64,000 nucleotides of DNA, from NCBI GenBank assembly GCA_027489875.1, contig JAIXZE010000077.1, positions 33,000-96,999 on the forward strand, given 5' to 3'. The notes below the pieces were generated by a model. That model did not search any database. It saw only the letters and a program-made list of their open reading frames with translations, and was not told the DNA's origin. Of this stretch, positions 19,390 through 28,088 are shown one piece after another. Source of the stretch: Verrucomicrobiales bacterium. Its GTDB lineage: Bacteria; Verrucomicrobiota; Verrucomicrobiia; Limisphaerales; UBA9464. A program made the position numbers and the translations under genes. Position 1 is the stretch's first letter; each line of letters starts with the position of its first letter.

Positions 19390-21195
19390 GTGAATCGGTT
19401 GCTGCTAACGGCTTGTTGTCTCATTGGGTTTTGGATCGGAGTGACTGCGCTTGGTGGTCCCCTGCGTACGAACGAAGTTCCGGATGTGTTTCCAGCGCGA
19501 CCGATCGAATGGTTGCCGGCGCCGGTCGCACTTCCTCTGCGACCCCTTCGTTTTCCTCCGGCGGTAGCCGTGCAGCGGGTGGAGCATCTGGCAATTGCGG
19601 GTGGCAAGGTCTGGATGGTGGTGGCCTTTCGTAGCGGCGCCACCAATGCGGCACGGAACGCGCTGTGGGTGTTTTCTCCCGTTGATGGTCGTTTGGACCC
19701 GGTGAGGGGACAGGTGGAGCATCATTCGATCAGGGATCTCAGGGTGGGACCCGAGGGGTTATGGATGGCGGTGGACGGTGGTGCGGCGGTTCTGGACCCA
19801 AAGAATCTGGTGGTGGATGCGTTTTCGTCGGCACATGGATTGACCACGGGAAACCTCACTGCGTTTGCGGCGGCTGGTCGGCGTTGGTTTGGGATGTCGG
19901 ACGCCGGCGCATTGTTTGCCCTGCACCCGGATGGTCGTTCGTGGTCGCGGTTGCCGGGCTCACCTGGGCTTGCGGCCAAGGATGCCTCACGTTACGGGCA
20001 TCTTGCAGGCTCAGGAGAGTGGCTACTGGGAATGTCCGAGGGCGAGATCTTGCTGCGAAACCATGCCGCTTCGAGTTGGGAAACGGTTGACCCGAAGCAG
20101 TGGCTCGGGCTTCCGGTGGATCAACCGGTTCGCTTTCAGAGTGTGGTGGAGGACGGCGATGGTGGGTTTTGGGTTGGGAGTGATCTTGGCCTTCATTTCG
20201 TTGCCGCGGAGACGGGCTCGGTTCGACATCATCTGGCGACCAAGCCGGTGCGGGTGCCGGGTGGGTTGGGGGTCGATGTGCCGGCGGGTTTCCAGCCATC
20301 GGCGGCGGCGTATGTGCAAGCGCGCAGACGTCAGGCGGACGGGATACGCGAGAGGATGCGCTTTCGAGCGCGGCTAGGACGGAAGTCGGTGGAGATCGGG
20401 CAGAAGCTGGATCCGGTCACACCTAAGAGTCGGATTCCCGGCGGAGTTCGCACCATGGTAAGGGATGGAGCTTTTGTGTGGGTGGCCTGCGAGGATCCGG
20501 CGAGTCCGCTTCGGACACGGCTTCTGCTGTGGCACGGATCCAGCCAGCGATGGGTTGGACAAGTTCCAGTTTCACTGCCAGTTGCCCGGATGGCGGTGGA
20601 TTCGCAGCACGTCTGGTTGGGAGCGGATCTTGGGCTGTTGCCCAACGGGGCTCCGGTGCTGGTCCTGGAAAAGACCGGGTTGATGGCGGTGCCGGCGGGC
20701 AGGTGGGTTGCTGATGAGATCGGGACGGAGGAGCGGGAACGACGGTTGGGCGAGCGGCCTGTGCGCGAGCAGGCTGTCCAGGCATTCTTCTCCGGTAACG
20801 CGGCGAGGGTGGTGGACCTTCTGGGCGCTGAAGGGACCGATGCGGAGTCGCTGTTCCTGTTGGCGTTCGCCCACGACCCGCTGGGATTGGATGACCCCAT
20901 GAAGCGGGAGGCGTATCTTTCCCGATTGAGAAAGGACTTCCCGGATTCGCCCTATGGCGAGGTGGCTCGCGGATTGAAGCCTCCCGCGAAGACCGACGCG
21001 TCCGTGGGAGGCGGAAGCAGTGTGCTCCAAACCCTGTTCAAGCGCCGGGACACGAATGGTGACGGTAGGATCTCCGACGCAGAGTGGACAGAGTGGAAAG
21101 GGGCTGGGGCCGACATGAAGGCCTTTGATGTCGACGGGGACGGGGTTCTGGGAATCGAGGAATTTGACGCGGTATTGCGCGGAACCAGCCGATGA
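19390..21195 (+). CDS. Secreted protein with propeller-like repeats and a C-terminal EF-hand pair
   Basis: Signal peptide at GTG 19390; DGDGGFWVGSDLGL; EF loops DTNGDGRISDAE and DVDGDGVLGIEE. Confidence 0.65.
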   Translation: MNRLLLTACCLIGFWIGVTALGGPLRTNEVPDVFPARPIEWLPAPVALPLRPLRFPPAVAVQRVEHLAIAGGKVWMVVAFRSGATNAARNALWVFSPVDGRLDPVRGQVEHHSIRDLRVGPEGLWMAVDGGAAVLDPKNLVVDAFSSAHGLTTGNLTAFAAAGRRWFGMSDAGALFALHPDGRSWSRLPGSPGLAAKDASRYGHLAGSGEWLLGMSEGEILLRNHAASSWETVDPKQWLGLPVDQPVRFQSVVEDGDGGFWVGSDLGLHFVAAETGSVRHHLATKPVRVPGGLGVDVPAGFQPSAAAYVQARRRQADGIRERMRFRARLGRKSVEIGQKLDPVTPKSRIPGGVRTMVRDGAFVWVACEDPASPLRTRLLLWHGSSQRWVGQVPVSLPVARMAVDSQHVWLGADLGLLPNGAPVLVLEKTGLMAVPAGRWVADEIGTEERERRLGERPVREQAVQAFFSGNAARVVDLLGAEGTDAESLFLLAFAHDPLGLDDPMKREAYLSRLRKDFPDSPYGEVARGLKPPAKTDASVGGGSSVLQTLFKRRDTNGDGRISDAEWTEWKGAGADMKAFDVDGDGVLGIEEFDAVLRGTSR

Positions 21196-21205
21196 GGCCC
21201 CGGGG

Positions 21206-22630
21206 TCAGCGGTTTGTCGTGGAGAGGGAGGCTGGTGGGGGATTGGTGGACAGCGGCTGGGTGGAGGGGGCTTGGACGACGCTTTCCTGACTGAACACCG
21301 AGCGTAGAAGAGGGATGCTGCGGACGTCGTTGTAGAAGACGAAGGCCATGAACGACAGCAGGAGGACGCCAAAGACAAGGGTCACGGACTCGTAGACCTG
21401 CGCTGGAATCCTGCGGAAGGTCAGGAGTTCGATGATCGAAAAGGTGATGTGGCCGCCGTCGAGGACGGGCAAGGGCAGGAGATTCAGGATGGCCAGATTC
21501 ACGTTGATGATGACCATCAGTGCCAAGGCCCGGCGGATGTCGACTTTCATCTCCATGGCGATTCCCGTGAGCATGCCTGCGGGGCCTTGGAGATTTTCGA
21601 CACCGATGCGGGACTCTTTCTTGTGGGCGATGGCGCGGACCAGTTGGGCCATCTGGCTGATGGTCCCCTCGATCTGTTTCCAGGGTGTAGGCCCGGGCCG
21701 TTCCACGGTGAAGGTCATGCGAGGTGAAGGTCCCAGCGTGACCCCCATGCGGCCAACCTTGTCCTTCGGGTCCAGGATGGGCGTTACGGTCAGGCGCAGG
21801 GGTTTGCCATCGCGCAGGAGTTCGAGCAGGACAGGTCGGTCGGCGCTTCCCTTGATGATGTCGATCAACTGCTGTTGGCCGGCGATCTCGATGCCATCGA
21901 TGGAGATCAGTTCATCGCCCTTGCGCAGGCCGGATGTCTCCGCGGGGTAACCCTTCATGAGGTCCAGGACGGCGGGGTGATCCTTGGGGCCCAGCTTGAG
22001 GAATTTGAGGCGGGCGGCGGTGGAATACTCGGTCGGGATGGAGTAGGTGGCGATCCGGCCGTCGACGTGCTTGATGGTGACGGCAAGAGTGGACGTGATC
22101 GAGAGGGCGGCTGTTCGCTGGACTTCTTCCCAATTCAGGACCGGACGGCCGTTGACGGCCTGGATCCTGTCTCCCTCGCGGATGCCCAGATTGGCTTCCG
22201 CGCCCCCGGGCGGGACGTATCCGATGATGGTGTTGTTGTAGGCCCTCGGAAGGCCAACCCACCAGACGATGCCGCCGATGAAGAAGGCGAAAAGGATGTT
22301 CATGACCGGACCTGCGAGGGACACGGCGATCTTCTTGCCCGGGGAAATGGGGGGGATGGAGGGGTTGGAGCGTCCCTCGATGGCCTCGGAGGTGATCATC
22401 TGGGGCAACTTGACGAACCCGCCGAGAGGGAGCCAACGCAGGGCCCATTCGACCCCATCACGATCGGTCCACGAGAATACCTTCGGGCCGAAGCCGATGG
22501 AGAAACCATCGACCTTGAGTCCCAGTTTCCGCGCCACCCAGTAGTGTCCGAACTCGTGGACGAAGATCGTCAACGTGAACAGGAGGGCGACGCCGATGGC
22601 GATGATGACCCACGTCAGCAGGACAGGCAT
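21206..22630 (-). CDS. rseP: RIP metalloprotease RseP with PDZ domains
   Basis: HEFGH, LGGFVK, AGPVMN, two PDZ-like segments, NLLPLPVLDGG. Confidence 0.93.
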   Translation of the reverse strand: MPVLLTWVIIAIGVALLFTLTIFVHEFGHYWVARKLGLKVDGFSIGFGPKVFSWTDRDGVEWALRWLPLGGFVKLPQMITSEAIEGRSNPSIPPISPGKKIAVSLAGPVMNILFAFFIGGIVWWVGLPRAYNNTIIGYVPPGGAEANLGIREGDRIQAVNGRPVLNWEEVQRTAALSITSTLAVTIKHVDGRIATYSIPTEYSTAARLKFLKLGPKDHPAVLDLMKGYPAETSGLRKGDELISIDGIEIAGQQQLIDIIKGSADRPVLLELLRDGKPLRLTVTPILDPKDKVGRMGVTLGPSPRMTFTVERPGPTPWKQIEGTISQMAQLVRAIAHKKESRIGVENLQGPAGMLTGIAMEMKVDIRRALALMVIINVNLAILNLLPLPVLDGGHITFSIIELLTFRRIPAQVYESVTLVFGVLLLSFMAFVFYNDVRSIPLLRSVFSQESVVQAPSTQPLSTNPPPASLSTTNR

Positions 22631-22735
22631 GTGCCATCAGACTAACTCGGTTCGGAGCCGTGTCCCAAAGATCTTTTTCGAGGATGCGTGCGGGGGAGTT
22701 GAAGCGTTGGGGCGGAGCGTGGTTGGCTGGGAGGC

Positions 22736-23626
22736 GTGGACGTCATGAAATGCTGGGTGACTGGAGCGGCAGGCCTGATCGGAGGGACCTTGATGCGGAG
22801 TCCAGGCATCCCTCAGGGATGGGAAGCTGTTGCCTTGCATCGCGGCATCCTTGAACTCACGGACTTTGCGGCCGTTGAACGACGGTTTGAAGCTGATGGG
22901 CCGTTGGCCCTCATCCACTGCGCGGCCATGAGCCGAAGTCCGCAATGTCAGCAAGAACCTGCGAAGGCACGTCAATGGAACGTCGACGTGACCCGCCACC
23001 TGGCCGGGTTGTTTGCTGGAAGACGGATGGTCTTCCTGTCCACTGATCTTGTGTTTGATGGCCAGCGCGGCGGTTATGGAGAGGATTGCGCGGTGGCTCC
23101 CCTGAGCATTTATGCAGAGACGAAGGTGGAGGCCGAGCAATGGGTTCTGCGGGACCCGCGACATCTCGTCGTGCGTACCTCCCTGAACCATGGTCGGTCC
23201 ACGACGGCGGATCGTGGATTCAACGAGGAGATGGTTCGGGCGTGGCGTGCGGGAAGGACCCTCCAGCTGTTCCGGGACGAGTATCGGAGTCCGATTCCTG
23301 CCGAGCATACAGCGCGAGCGCTCTGGGAGTTGTTGGGCAAGGAATGCGGGGGGATCCTTCACCTGGCAGGGGCACAGCGGCTTTCACGATGGGAGATCGG
23401 ATGTGCGTTGGCTGCGATACTGGAGGGTGAAGGCCTTTCCTGTCCGATCGAGCCCGGAACCTTGCGGGACTACAATGGGGCACCCCGGCCGCCGGACACC
23501 TCCCTGGATAGTTCCCGGGCTCAGGCCCTGTTGGGCTTCCGGATTCCGGGGTATGCGGAATGGCTGGCGGCTGGATCTCCGCCCGCTTTCCCGGAATCGG
23601 GTTCCAGATGCGGAGGGCAGCGATGA
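22736..23626 (+). CDS. dTDP-4-dehydrorhamnose reductase-like SDR (RmlD family)
   Basis: VTGAAGLIG, STDLVFDG, YAETK, RPPDTSLD. Confidence 0.82.
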   Translation: MDVMKCWVTGAAGLIGGTLMRSPGIPQGWEAVALHRGILELTDFAAVERRFEADGPLALIHCAAMSRSPQCQQEPAKARQWNVDVTRHLAGLFAGRRMVFLSTDLVFDGQRGGYGEDCAVAPLSIYAETKVEAEQWVLRDPRHLVVRTSLNHGRSTTADRGFNEEMVRAWRAGRTLQLFRDEYRSPIPAEHTARALWELLGKECGGILHLAGAQRLSRWEIGCALAAILEGEGLSCPIEPGTLRDYNGAPRPPDTSLDSSRAQALLGFRIPGYAEWLAAGSPPAFPESGSRCGGQR

Positions 23627-24474
23627 GCACGGAAGTTCAGGGCGGCTATCGGGGTAGGATTGCGCCATCGCCCACGGGATACCTGCACCTTGGGCACGGG
23701 CGGACCTTCTGGATCGCGTGGGAGAGGGCGCGGAAGGCCGGGGGTACGGTGGTTCTGCGGAACGACGATCTGGATCGGGATCGCGTGAGAACCGAGTTCA
23801 TCACGGGATTCATCGAGGACCTGAAGTGGTTGGGTGTGGAATGGGACGAAGGCCCGGACCGCGGGGGGCCGCATCGGCCGTATAGCCAATCCGAGCGGAT
23901 GTCCCACTACGCGGCGGCTTTGTCCCGCTTGCGGGATCTGGGGTGGGTTTATCCATGCACCTGTTCGCGGCGGGAGATCCTCGCGTCGCTTTCGGCGCCT
24001 CACGCGGGTGACGAGGAGCCCGTTTACGCCGGGCACTGTCGGGGTCGGCGAATGGAGGACCTGAAGTGGGGCACGCGGTTCAGTTGGAGGTTTCGCGTTC
24101 CCGATGGAGAGGCCATCGAGTTTGAGGACGGGTTCGCCGGCAGGGTGCGGTACGAAGCCGGGCGGGATTTTGGCGACTTCGTGGTGTGGCGGCACGATGG
24201 AGTTCCGGCGTACCAATTGGCGTGCGTGGTCGACGATGCGCTGATGCGGATCACCGAAGTGGTGCGTGGGGAGGACCTGCTATTGAGCACGGCGCGCCAG
24301 ATCCTCCTGTACCGGGCGCTCGGTTGGTCAGTACCGCGGTTCTGTCACTGTCCTTTGGTTCGAGACGCTCAGGGGCAACGATTGGCGAAGCGGCACGCCT
24401 CGCTGAGCCTGCGAGAGTTGCGGGCGGCGGGCAAACAGCCGGAAGAGGTCAGGGCCCTCTGGGGCGCATCTTGA
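23623..24474 (+). CDS. gluQ: Glutamyl-Q tRNA(Asp) synthetase
   Basis: RIAPSPTGYLHLGH, CTCSR, YQLACVVDD, RGEDL, LAKR; no anticodon domain; stop codon supplied by the inserted element. Confidence 0.9.
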   Translation: MSTEVQGGYRGRIAPSPTGYLHLGHGRTFWIAWERARKAGGTVVLRNDDLDRDRVRTEFITGFIEDLKWLGVEWDEGPDRGGPHRPYSQSERMSHYAAALSRLRDLGWVYPCTCSRREILASLSAPHAGDEEPVYAGHCRGRRMEDLKWGTRFSWRFRVPDGEAIEFEDGFAGRVRYEAGRDFGDFVVWRHDGVPAYQLACVVDDALMRITEVVRGEDLLLSTARQILLYRALGWSVPRFCHCPLVRDAQGQRLAKRHASLSLRELRAAGKQPEEVRALWGAS

Positions 24475-24596
24475 CACTGCCCCCGCATGCGCCGGGGAGC
24501 GACGTCCTCGTCGTCGTTCCGAAGCCATTCCCAATGGCGATGAGGACATCGCCGCCCCGAATCCTTTCCAAAAGGGCGCAGTGGCAAGATGCGCCC
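24462..24596. mobile_element. MITE-like element, copy A
   Basis: TIR gggcgcatcttgacactgc...gcagtggcaagatgcgccc; flanks ggccctctg/gaccctctg (8/9 match). Confidence 0.85.
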
Positions 24597-24641
24597 GACC
24601 CTCTGGGTGCAAGCACACTGAGCAACTCCGTGGCGATGGAA

Positions 24642-25769
24642 TCAGCGTCGGACGAACGGGCTGGCGAGAACCGTTTCTGTCGAGGTCGGAATGAATCCGA
24701 GACGCAAGGGTTGGTTGGGGAGCGGGAGCGGGATTGGGGAACCCTGATTGACCCTGAGGGCCCATCCGTTCTGGGCGCGTTCGAGGGTCAGTCGGTTCCA
24801 GCCTTCCTTCACGCCTGTGGCGATGGAGGGGAGGGGATGGATCGTGGAGTCCGGGGTCTGGAAGAGGATCGGCGGGCGGTTATCGGTGGGCTTTCCCGAG
24901 GGTCTCCAGTCGACAAAGAGTTCGGTCGTGGCGGCCGGTGCCGTGGACCAGAGGATGGCGTTGGTCGGTGCGCTGGCGCTGCATCGGAGGTTCCAGTCGG
25001 AAGGTTTCCAGACCTCCATCGCGGCCGGTGAACCCGTCCAGCCACGGAGGCTGCGTCCGTCGTAAAGACTTTCCCAGGGAACGGCGGCTGGGGCTGACAT
25101 TTCAGCGGCGGGATTGCTGGAGGGGAGTTCCTGGATCCGGAGGTTCCGCCAATCGACGATGCCGCCTTCGGATTCGAGGGCGATGTAGCCCTTGCGCCAG
25201 GAGCAGTCCGTGCCGCCGGAGACTTCAGCACCATTCACGGAAAGGCGGATGACGCCGTTGGTCGCCACGATGCGGTAGTGATTCCATTCGTTGGTGCCCT
25301 TGCTGCGGAACTCCTTTGGAAAGGAGCGGTCGCCCTTGCTCGGGCTGAAGGGTTTCATCGTCGAGCCGTGGATCGGGAAGATGTCTCCGTGCGTGGTGAA
25401 CCAGTCGGATTTCCCGTAGCCGTGGTCGAGGACCTGGACCTCGATGGCACGCAGGAAGGGTTGACCGGGAGCCGGGAGCGATCCTGACCAGATGAAGACC
25501 CCGGCGTTGCCGCCTGACTTCATGTGTCGCCACTCCAGTTCGAGGATGAAGTTTTCGAACTGGCGTTCGGTGCGGAGTGCGCCGGTCGGGATGCCATCGC
25601 AATGGATCATCCCATCGCGCACCGTGAACGTTTCGGGTGCGCAGTTCACGTTGACCCAGCCCGAGAGGTCACGCCCGTTGAAGAGGGGGGTGAAGGTGTT
25701 CGAAGGTTCTGCTGCGATTGAAGTCGCGGTGGTGAGGCAAAGGGTCAGCAGGAGGAGTGGGGGATTCAT
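24642..25769 (-). CDS. DUF1080 (3-keto-disaccharide hydrolase-like) secreted protein
   Basis: LFNGRDLSGW, NFILELEW, GNAGVF, EVQVLD, EWNHYRI, GYIALESEG; degenerate second domain. Confidence 0.85.
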   Translation of the reverse strand: MNPPLLLLTLCLTTATSIAAEPSNTFTPLFNGRDLSGWVNVNCAPETFTVRDGMIHCDGIPTGALRTERQFENFILELEWRHMKSGGNAGVFIWSGSLPAPGQPFLRAIEVQVLDHGYGKSDWFTTHGDIFPIHGSTMKPFSPSKGDRSFPKEFRSKGTNEWNHYRIVATNGVIRLSVNGAEVSGGTDCSWRKGYIALESEGGIVDWRNLRIQELPSSNPAAEMSAPAAVPWESLYDGRSLRGWTGSPAAMEVWKPSDWNLRCSASAPTNAILWSTAPAATTELFVDWRPSGKPTDNRPPILFQTPDSTIHPLPSIATGVKEGWNRLTLERAQNGWALRVNQGSPIPLPLPNQPLRLGFIPTSTETVLASPFVRR

Positions 25770-25787
25770 GGCGGGCGGGTTCTGGAG

Positions 25788-26507
25788 TCAGGGCTGGGAA
25801 GGAGTGGGTTCCGGCCGAATGGGACGCGGCCGATCGCCAAAGAGGGCAGTGCCGACCCGGACAAGGGTGGCCCCCTCCTCGATGGCGACTTCGAGGTCAC
25901 CGCTCATTCCCATGCTGAGGATGGGCAGCGGGTGTTGGAGGCGTTGTTCGCATTGATCCCGGAGTTCGCGCAGTCGACGGAAGATAGGCCGGGCTGTCTC
26001 AGGATCGGGGGCGTAGGGAGCAATGGTCATGAGACCCTTCAGGGGGAGCCGATCCAGCGCTGACAGGGCTGGGAGGGCGCCGAGAAGCGCGTCCGGGGTC
26101 CAGCCGAACTTGCTGGATTCACCGGCGACGTTGACCTCGGCAAGGATCGCGGGTTGGCGGGACTGCTTCTGAGCCTGCTTCTGGAGTTCGCGGGCGAGCT
26201 CGAGCGAGTCGACGCCCTGAACCGTCTCAAAGAGTGCGACGGCATCGCGTGCCTTGTTGGATTGCAGGTGTCCGATGAAATGCCATCGGGCTGTGGGCGG
26301 GCTCAAAGGGATCTTGGCCCGGGCCTCCTGGATGCGGTTCTCCCCGAAGAGGGTCAGCCCGAGTTGGACGGCTTCGGAGACGGCCTCCGGGGGGTGATTC
26401 TTGGAGACGCCCATCAGTTCCACACTGGCGACGGATCGGCCCGAACGATCGCAGGCGGAGGCGATCCGCTGGCGGATGGAAATCAGGCGTTCTGCGAGGG
26501 CTGACAT
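25788..26507 (-). CDS. yggS: PLP homeostasis protein YggS
   Basis: GVSK, FGENRIQE, WHFIGHLQSNK, LSMGMSGD, VRVGTALFG. Confidence 0.93.
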   Translation of the reverse strand: MSALAERLISIRQRIASACDRSGRSVASVELMGVSKNHPPEAVSEAVQLGLTLFGENRIQEARAKIPLSPPTARWHFIGHLQSNKARDAVALFETVQGVDSLELARELQKQAQKQSRQPAILAEVNVAGESSKFGWTPDALLGALPALSALDRLPLKGLMTIAPYAPDPETARPIFRRLRELRDQCEQRLQHPLPILSMGMSGDLEVAIEEGATLVRVGTALFGDRPRPIRPEPTPSQP

Positions 26508-26514
26508 GATGGGC

Positions 26515-27798
26515 TCAGGGCTCCTCGCGGAGTCGGATGCGGCGGTACTCCATCTGCCCGGAATCGCCTTCCAGGCCGATGGGGCCGGTCGGGGGCACGG
26601 GAAGGGCGGCTTCGAGAACTTCTCCGTTGCACGTGCAGTGGGCGGTCCCATTGCGGACGACGACGACGACCTCGTTCCAATCCTGAGGCTTGTAGTTCTT
26701 GAGCGTCTTGTAGGGCCCGGCGAGGGGGTAATCCCGGCACTGCAACTGCGGTTGCCGGATGAAGATGCCGCTGTCGGCGTTGGGGGTGGCGCGGAACTCC
26801 AGCTTGAGGGTGAAGTTCTTGGGGAATTCCCGGGTCGTCCAGATCTGCTGGACGCGGCGGCCTTCGGTAGGGGTGGTCACGATCAGGCGCCCATGTTTGG
26901 CGTGATAACGGCCGTCCGTGCTCTGGGTGAGACCGTCGAAGCGGTTGGTCTTGAATCCCCATCCGGTCAGGTCGCGCCCATTGAACAGGCTCGTGAAGCC
27001 GGGTTCCGGGGTGAAGGCATCGTTCGTCAACTCCGTGAATCCGAGCGTGGCGAGCAGGGGGCGCAACGCTGCCGCCCACTTCGAGTATCCGATGGCGTTC
27101 GGGTGGAGGAGGTCCGGGAACTCGGCAGCCTTGGCGTCGCCATTGGCATCTGCGAACAGAGGCCAGGTTTCGGCGCGGGTGACCTGGGAGCGTCCCTTGG
27201 CGATTCCGGCGTAGAGTTGGTTGAGCTTCCGGATCTTGTCGGCGGGACGCCGCATGGAAGCGGAGCTCGGGAACACCTCGCAAAGGATGACGGGAAGGTG
27301 GGGGTCGTGTTGGCGAAGCAGGTTGAGGATCTGTTCGACATTCGAGGCGATGGTTTCCGGGGACGCGTTCTCCTCGAGGTCATTGGTGCCGATGAGCAGC
27401 ACCACCCCGGTGGGCTTGAGGGCGAGGACATCCTCCGCGAGACGGATCAGGACGCCGCGGGAGGTGTCCCCCGAGATCCCACGATTGGATACCTTGATGC
27501 CGGGAAACGCATCACTCATCCGATCGCCCCAGCCCTGGGTGATGGAGTCGCCCAGGAACACCACGGAGTGGCGGTCCCGGTCGGCATTTGCGGCCCAGTC
27601 GGTGCGGCGCTGGAGCCAAAGTTTCTGGAACCAATCCTGCCGTCGGATGGGCCCGGCCCCGGGAAGGCCGTCATCCGAAGCGGGGATAGCGAGCCTGGGA
27701 GTGTTCTGCGCCATGACGACGGGCGGCGTGAGCGTGGCGGCGAGCATCAGGCTGGCGACGATTCCAGCGCGGACTATGGACGAGAGTTCTCTCCTCAT
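26515..27798 (-). CDS. SGNH/GDSL esterase fused to DUF1080
   Basis: FLGDSIT, NRGISGD, GTND, DLLHP; then LFNGRDLTGW...GPIGLE. Confidence 0.87.
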   Translation of the reverse strand: MRRELSSIVRAGIVASLMLAATLTPPVVMAQNTPRLAIPASDDGLPGAGPIRRQDWFQKLWLQRRTDWAANADRDRHSVVFLGDSITQGWGDRMSDAFPGIKVSNRGISGDTSRGVLIRLAEDVLALKPTGVVLLIGTNDLEENASPETIASNVEQILNLLRQHDPHLPVILCEVFPSSASMRRPADKIRKLNQLYAGIAKGRSQVTRAETWPLFADANGDAKAAEFPDLLHPNAIGYSKWAAALRPLLATLGFTELTNDAFTPEPGFTSLFNGRDLTGWGFKTNRFDGLTQSTDGRYHAKHGRLIVTTPTEGRRVQQIWTTREFPKNFTLKLEFRATPNADSGIFIRQPQLQCRDYPLAGPYKTLKNYKPQDWNEVVVVVRNGTAHCTCNGEVLEAALPVPPTGPIGLEGDSGQMEYRRIRLREEP

Positions 27799-27867
27799 GG
27801 GTGGGGGCTCAGGATGGGCGCACGGGCGTGGTGCTTCCAAGGTTCAAGTGGGTGAATGTGGGGCTGG

Positions 27868-27996
27868 GGGCGCATCGTGGCACTGCCCCCTTTTGGAAAG
27901 GATTCGGGGTGGCGATGTCCTCATCGCCTTGGGAAGGGCTTTGGAACGGCGACGAGGACGACGCCACCCTTGCGGGGGCAGTTTCAAGATGCGCCC
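27868..27996. mobile_element. MITE-like element, copy B (opposite orientation)
   Basis: Same TIRs and internal hairpins; flanks tggggctgg/tgtggctgg (8/9 match). Confidence 0.85.
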
Positions 27997-28028
27997 TGTG
28001 GCTGGGGGAATGGGTCTGGCAGGGTACG

Positions 28029-28059
28029 AAAAAGGGGCGGCCGGTAATCCGGCCGCCCC
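28029..28059 (-). terminator. Rho-independent terminator of the 28089-31457 gene
   Basis: ggggcggccgg-atta-ccggccgcccc followed by T5 on the minus strand. Confidence 0.85.
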
Positions 28060-28088
28060 GTGCGATGGAAGGTTCAGACTGAGTGCGC

